A stretch of 51,006 bases of DNA from Trypethelium eluteriae (taxonomy: Eukaryota), in assembly GCA_051942245.1 (NCBI GenBank), contig JAVECL010000113.1, positions 1-51,006 of the forward strand, in the 5' to 3' direction. A program made the position numbers and the translations under genes. A model generated the notes under the pieces. It saw nothing but the letters and a program-made list of their open reading frames with translations, ran no database searches and had not been told where the DNA came from. Positions 46,103-51,006 of the stretch are shown piece after piece; position 1 is the stretch's first letter; every line of letters starts with the position of its first letter.

Positions 46103-49100
46103 CTTGTAAGGAGAGGTCTCGTGATTGGAGTTTGTTTCGAAAGAAATGGATTGATGAGAATATTCGCAGAATTTATTGAGGAGAGATTGACTGTGAAGTG
46201 ATGTTTACTTTACCGGAAAGTGGCTTTCCAACCAGTTTCCTGCAGTGACGTAAAAGCAGTGGCGGGGCAGCTGCCCTTACGTCGGCGGGAGAGACCTGCT
46301 CCTGCACTATAAGGCATTACGTGTACAACACGCTTGGATTTGTCGAATGGCTGAGGCTGCACAATGTTTTCAGACTTATTTTCTTTGCTTGCATGCCTCT
46401 CAGACCATGAATTTGACTAACAGCACCGTAATCGGTCATCGATCAGATCATATTGATCTAATTAGCCAATCATTGCACTGCTGGAAGATGCAACGGGAAA
46501 CCTTGACCGCCTTCGTGCACACGCAGTCTGCCCGTCTTATATCGTAGTGTTTTACTACTTATCTTTTTCTCCCATCTCATCTTTACATGCGCACTATCTC
46601 AGCCCTCAAAGCTACAGCTACAGCGAGAACACGTGCTTATACTTATCAACGAATGTATAGCACCGTCCCTCGTCAAAAGGACAGCATACTGCCCCCGAAC
46701 GCTAGTGGGACCGCAATTCAACAACTATGGTATTGAGACATTGCTTCCTGTGTAGGTCTTTCTGTTTTTGTGGATCGATGCTATTGTGGAAATTTTGAGA
46801 TCGCTGGTTTCAATCAAAGATGTTGCCTTTTCATATCGTACCCTGAGAGGGCCACCAAAGTCAAATAGAATTCGGTTTGGCGTCACTTACGTTTGTTTCT
46901 AGACGCATCGTTTAGCGTCTCTTCCTTACCATATCGTACATCGAATAAAATTTTGGGAACGACGATGGCTCTCGTCGACGCGTTTTCCGCGCTGTTGCCT
47001 AATTGCAGTCCCTGTTAGCCCGAACATCGAAGCGCCACTAATCATCTGAACTCTGTAACAAGAAGCAGGAAGCTTCTAAAATTGAAACTTTAGCAGCCAG
47101 TGCTGACGACATGCATGGAATCCCAACTGGATTTTACCATCCACAACCTGTGTTGCCTGATCCCGATTCGAAGTACGACTGGTTTGACCAAAGCTGAACC
47201 TTGTCGAAGGTCAATGAAGAGATAAATATCCTTCTCTAATGTTGTCGTCAACCATCGAATATCCGGTATCTTCAGACAATGTTACATTTTTTCGGAGGAA
47301 GAAGACTGAACTTGCTGGATTGGCAGCCTCAACTTCTTCGGCGCCTATTTCGAGTCTACAGAACTTCAAGAAATAGCCAGTAAACACCGCTGTCATTATA
47401 TATTTGAATTTGCGTCATGGCGTTCGTGAGGTACTCTTGCAGTTAAAGATTTGACGTTCTCGTCAGGCCACGATCGGCACGTTTGGCCACGAGTGTCAGA
47501 CGCTCATCTACGTGACAGTGAAAAGCATCGATAAAGCATGTAAACCTTCAGCATACGACGCTGACATCATTAGTACTCCTGATGGTAATCTAGGTGTTGA
47601 TCAGCGGCAAATATCTGCTCCAATTTAAAGCATATACCGCCATTCTCCAATGCTGGGTACCTCTACTGGCGTAACTTTCGGCCTTAATCAAGGACTAGGA
47701 GACCTGGGATTTGGAATCATATCTGTTGGCTGAGTTGGAGAGTGCTACATTCAGTCAGGTACTTTCCAGGACGTTGCCATTAAAAAACTCAAAGTGAAAC
47801 AAGCTCAGAAAACTATCGCACCAGAAGTTGCCGATATGGTCTGCACGGGAAACCAAAGCGAACAAAGTCGTCTATATGATCGGCTCTTGCGGCGTCAAGG
47901 GCACGGCAACATATCTATGTGGACACGATGTGACAGAGGGTGTGGAGTAAGTGTGGAGGTCTGAAGAGCATGGAAATGCGAGCACTACGGCTCAGCGAAC
48001 ATACCGAACTCTGATTCATGAATCAAGATTGGCATTGCGTCAACTCGAGACCAGACTACTACGATTTTAGATGAGGGCGGCCGAGGTGGGTTGGTCAGGT
48101 CTTGTGGATTCAGCTTAATCAAGATCACTCCAGTTCCCGTCACTTAGACATGCACCAGAGCTTCCTTCGAGCAGCTACACAGACTTCAACGACCACTATT
48201 AAGGTTCCCAGGCCTTGATGATAATGAATCTTTCTCTAGGATCAAAGAGGAGCCCAATCCCATAATTTGGAGTCACCGCGGAGTTTCCTATTGGAGCTTT
48301 GCATAATCTGCCTACTAATGGTGAAAACCATATTGTCACCGGAGAAGAAGGAATGTGATCTGCCGAAGGTAAATAGAGAGCGTCAAGAGTAAGATGCAGA
48401 AGCGAGCGGGTGGAACATGACACTCGCATCCGCAGCCCTACGGGATGCCAAATACCAGGGCGCATGGATCTGCATTGACCTTTGTTGGTTACCGATCAGA
48501 TGCATTCCAGACTTCACCATGATTATATGTGTGGGACGATATGCGACGGATGTGTCCGAGCCGGAGGAGCCGTCAACCCCCCCAAACTAAATGCCAGAGT
48601 ACTCAATTCCTGACTACATGATTAACTAGCCTTGCAGGTCAACACCTGTTGATATTCGGTAACAGAATTTCTACTACACCATTAACATCAGAGTTATCGC
48701 AACACAAGCTGGCATTACTCTGACGCCGAAAGATTCTCCTGGTCTGCAACTGAGAGGTAAGTAACCAGCCCTCATCGGCGCTGAACCGAACCTTTGGGAG
48801 CGATGGCGAAAAAGCGGAATGCAGATCGAAAAGTCGCTTGCAGGAATCTTCGGGACGGAGACCGATCTACAGATTCACCCTAGTCAATCAATAGAAGAGG
48901 GAGGCTGTCCGACCTTCTATGAGCCACCAATGAATGAATCTCCTCCCGCGCCCGGGTTGCGCTGTAAAATGCCTAAAAGGCGTGGCCGGATTGGGCTCGG
49001 CTCGGCCGAGAGTTTAAAGAAAAGTACATACCTAAGTTACCGCCACCCAGCTGTGGACCTTATGCCGCCTTTCTTTGCAGCCAGGACAAAAGACGCTGAC

Positions 49101-49841
49101 ACGGATTTGCAGTCCGCGGTGAACGCAAGTGCGGCATGCGAAACCAGGAAATTCGCATGGAAGCTCATTGTGTAGGGCTCTCCGCATGCAAACATGGATG
49201 GCAGCTTCCGACATGGATCTCATCAAAGTAAGGCGATTCCGGCAAGGTTGCAGATAGAAAGTTGATGCAACCAGAATCTGCCGTTGATAAATGGAGCATA
49301 CGTTGCGGTCTATGTACAGTAGGACCAATCTGCCATCCTGTCACCCTGATTGCCCTCTCCACTCTCACTACCCGCGCTGCAGCAAGGTTCAGGCCGTGGA
49401 AATTAAGCAGAAAACAAACTCGATGGACCAACTAGAAAAGTACGGGCAGAGACATGCTTTTGTTCCAGCTTGGCTTAACGTCGAATCATAGTCGTGGATT
49501 GCCTCTTTACTTGACTCGAGTGCATCTGCCACGTACGAAATATAGGATGGCAAGACGGGAACAAGTACGGTTTCATTGGTCTATGTCTTCAATTATGATT
49601 CGGCCGAGAAGAGACCATCCATCGTATTCGCGCTGCCCTACCGGCTTCCCCAGATTGCCTATTTGGTGGTCTGAAGAGTTTCAGCATGCTTAAATATCCT
49701 ACTTTCTTTCTTCATGACCGAAGCTTGGCCCATCCTCCACATCGCCGACCGGCTCTTTCGAAGCATTGGTATGATCGAGACTCGTCTCTCTTTCCTTCTT
49801 ACGCTCGCAACCCCATACCTGCTTGAAGCATCCATTCCACA

Positions 49842-51006
49842 ATGGGTGGCCTCGAACCTCCCCCGAACCCGAATGATAATCGTCAACTCGCCATACTTGT
49901 CAATGTATGCATTGACACTCCACTCGCAATGGTAGTGGTCATTCTACGTATGATTACAAGAATCTGGGTAGTTCGCAAAGTAGGATGGGACGACGTGTGT
50001 ATTGTCTTGTGTGTTTTGGGCCATTTCATTGCCATGCCTATCGTTATCTATGAAGTCCACCACGGTTTTGGCAAGCACCGTCAATTTATTTCAGACCAGG
50101 ATTTTATGAACTTTACCCGGTTATCGTACGTCGAATGGGTACAGACGTTCCAGACCCTAATGTTCAACAAATTATCAGTCTGCTTCTTTCTCTTGCGTCT
50201 GCCCGCCTCAAACCCATACAAGAGGCCTATTCTAGGTTCTATTGTCGGTCTGATTGTTAGTAATGTTATTCTTACCCTCGTCTGGATCTTCCAATGTTGG
50301 CCAGTCCGCAAGGTCTGGCACCCGAGTATCGATGGGCAATGCATGACCAATGCCCAGCTCGAAAGAATCATCATCTCCCAAGCTCTCGTCTCCATCATCT
50401 CCGATTTCTTCCTTGCACTCTTTCCCGTCGTGCTCCTCTGGAAAGTCCAGATGGCTCTCCGCGCTAAAGTCGGTGTCTGCGCCCTCATGGGATTGGGCCT
50501 CATGTAAGAAGACCCCGTCGCATACCTTCGCGACCTACACTCCAAAAATTCCCCAACTAACATCTCTTCTTTTTTTTCCAGTACCGCCGCCCTCTGCATT
50601 GCTCGCACTGTCCTCAACTGGGAGAACGTCAACGCGGACCCAACCTGGGAATCCATCCCGAACTGGGGCTTCCGCTCCTGGGAGATCTCCATCGGCATCA
50701 TCGCCGCCTGCATCCCTGCACTGCGCCCCGGCTACCGCGCCCTCTCGGGCCAGCTTTCCAGCTTCGTCTCTCAGCACTACGGCTCCGCCACATCGCGCCT
50801 CAACAGCCGCACCCGTAGCGCCATCCATAGCAATCATCACCATCACCATCGTGCCGGAATCATCTCGAGCCGTCGCAAGGCACCGTGCGGTGGCGACTCC
50901 GACGATAGCCTGGTTGGCGATGGGACTAAGGGCCCAACGGCGACGACGGAGCTTGAGGATATGGCGGAAGAGTTGACGCGGCCGGGAGCGGTGGCGGCGA
51001 AGGCTC
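49842..51006 (+). CDS. PTH11-like / fungal rhodopsin-domain integral membrane protein (no CFEM), 3'-truncated by the window edge
   Basis: VILRMITRIWVVRKVGWDD, HHGFGKH, KLSVCFFLLRL, IFQCWPVRKVW, IISDFFLALFP..LWKVQM, WEISIGIIAACIPALRP; intron about 50503-50581. Confidence 0.9.

Noticed and set aside
1..51006. Stop-codon readthrough to cryptic PTS1, transposons, tRNA/rRNA, CRISPR
   Set aside because: No TGA-CTA context at the stops I checked; no transposase or RT motifs, terminal repeats, tRNA cloverleafs or repeat-spacer arrays seen.

Overview
Gene-dense, intron-containing genomic DNA of a filamentous ascomycete (Pezizomycotina; short GT-AG introns with CTRAY branch points). It is mostly housekeeping genes, in order: Ccc2-type Cu P1B-ATPase (runs off the left edge, so absent from the ORF track), ATG2, an ADA2/ADGF-type adenosine deaminase, a peroxisomal (PTS1 -SKL) enoyl-CoA hydratase/isomerase, a Zn2Cys6 transcription factor beside a DHA2 MFS efflux pump, GDT1/TMEM165, a TRF/Tbf1-like telobox Myb protein, pantothenate kinase, HAC1/hacA, NIC96, a Trp-rich orphan ORF, Mediator Med27, a WxHD+RRM protein, a Vip1-like RRM protein and a PTH11-like membrane protein (runs off the right edge). 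Best findings: (1) a telomeric (CCCTAA) tract in intron 1 of the putative telomere-repeat-binding protein gene, whose first TAA is the in-frame stop on intron retention, suggesting autoregulation; (2) the full Ire1/HAC1 RNA architecture, with a 3'BE-like hairpin lying inside the coding sequence of the spliced isoform; (3) a helix-rich ~1.3 kb non-coding region between HAC1 and NIC96; (4) a metallothionein-like Cys tail on the Vip1-like protein. All calls come from reading the sequence; no searches were run.
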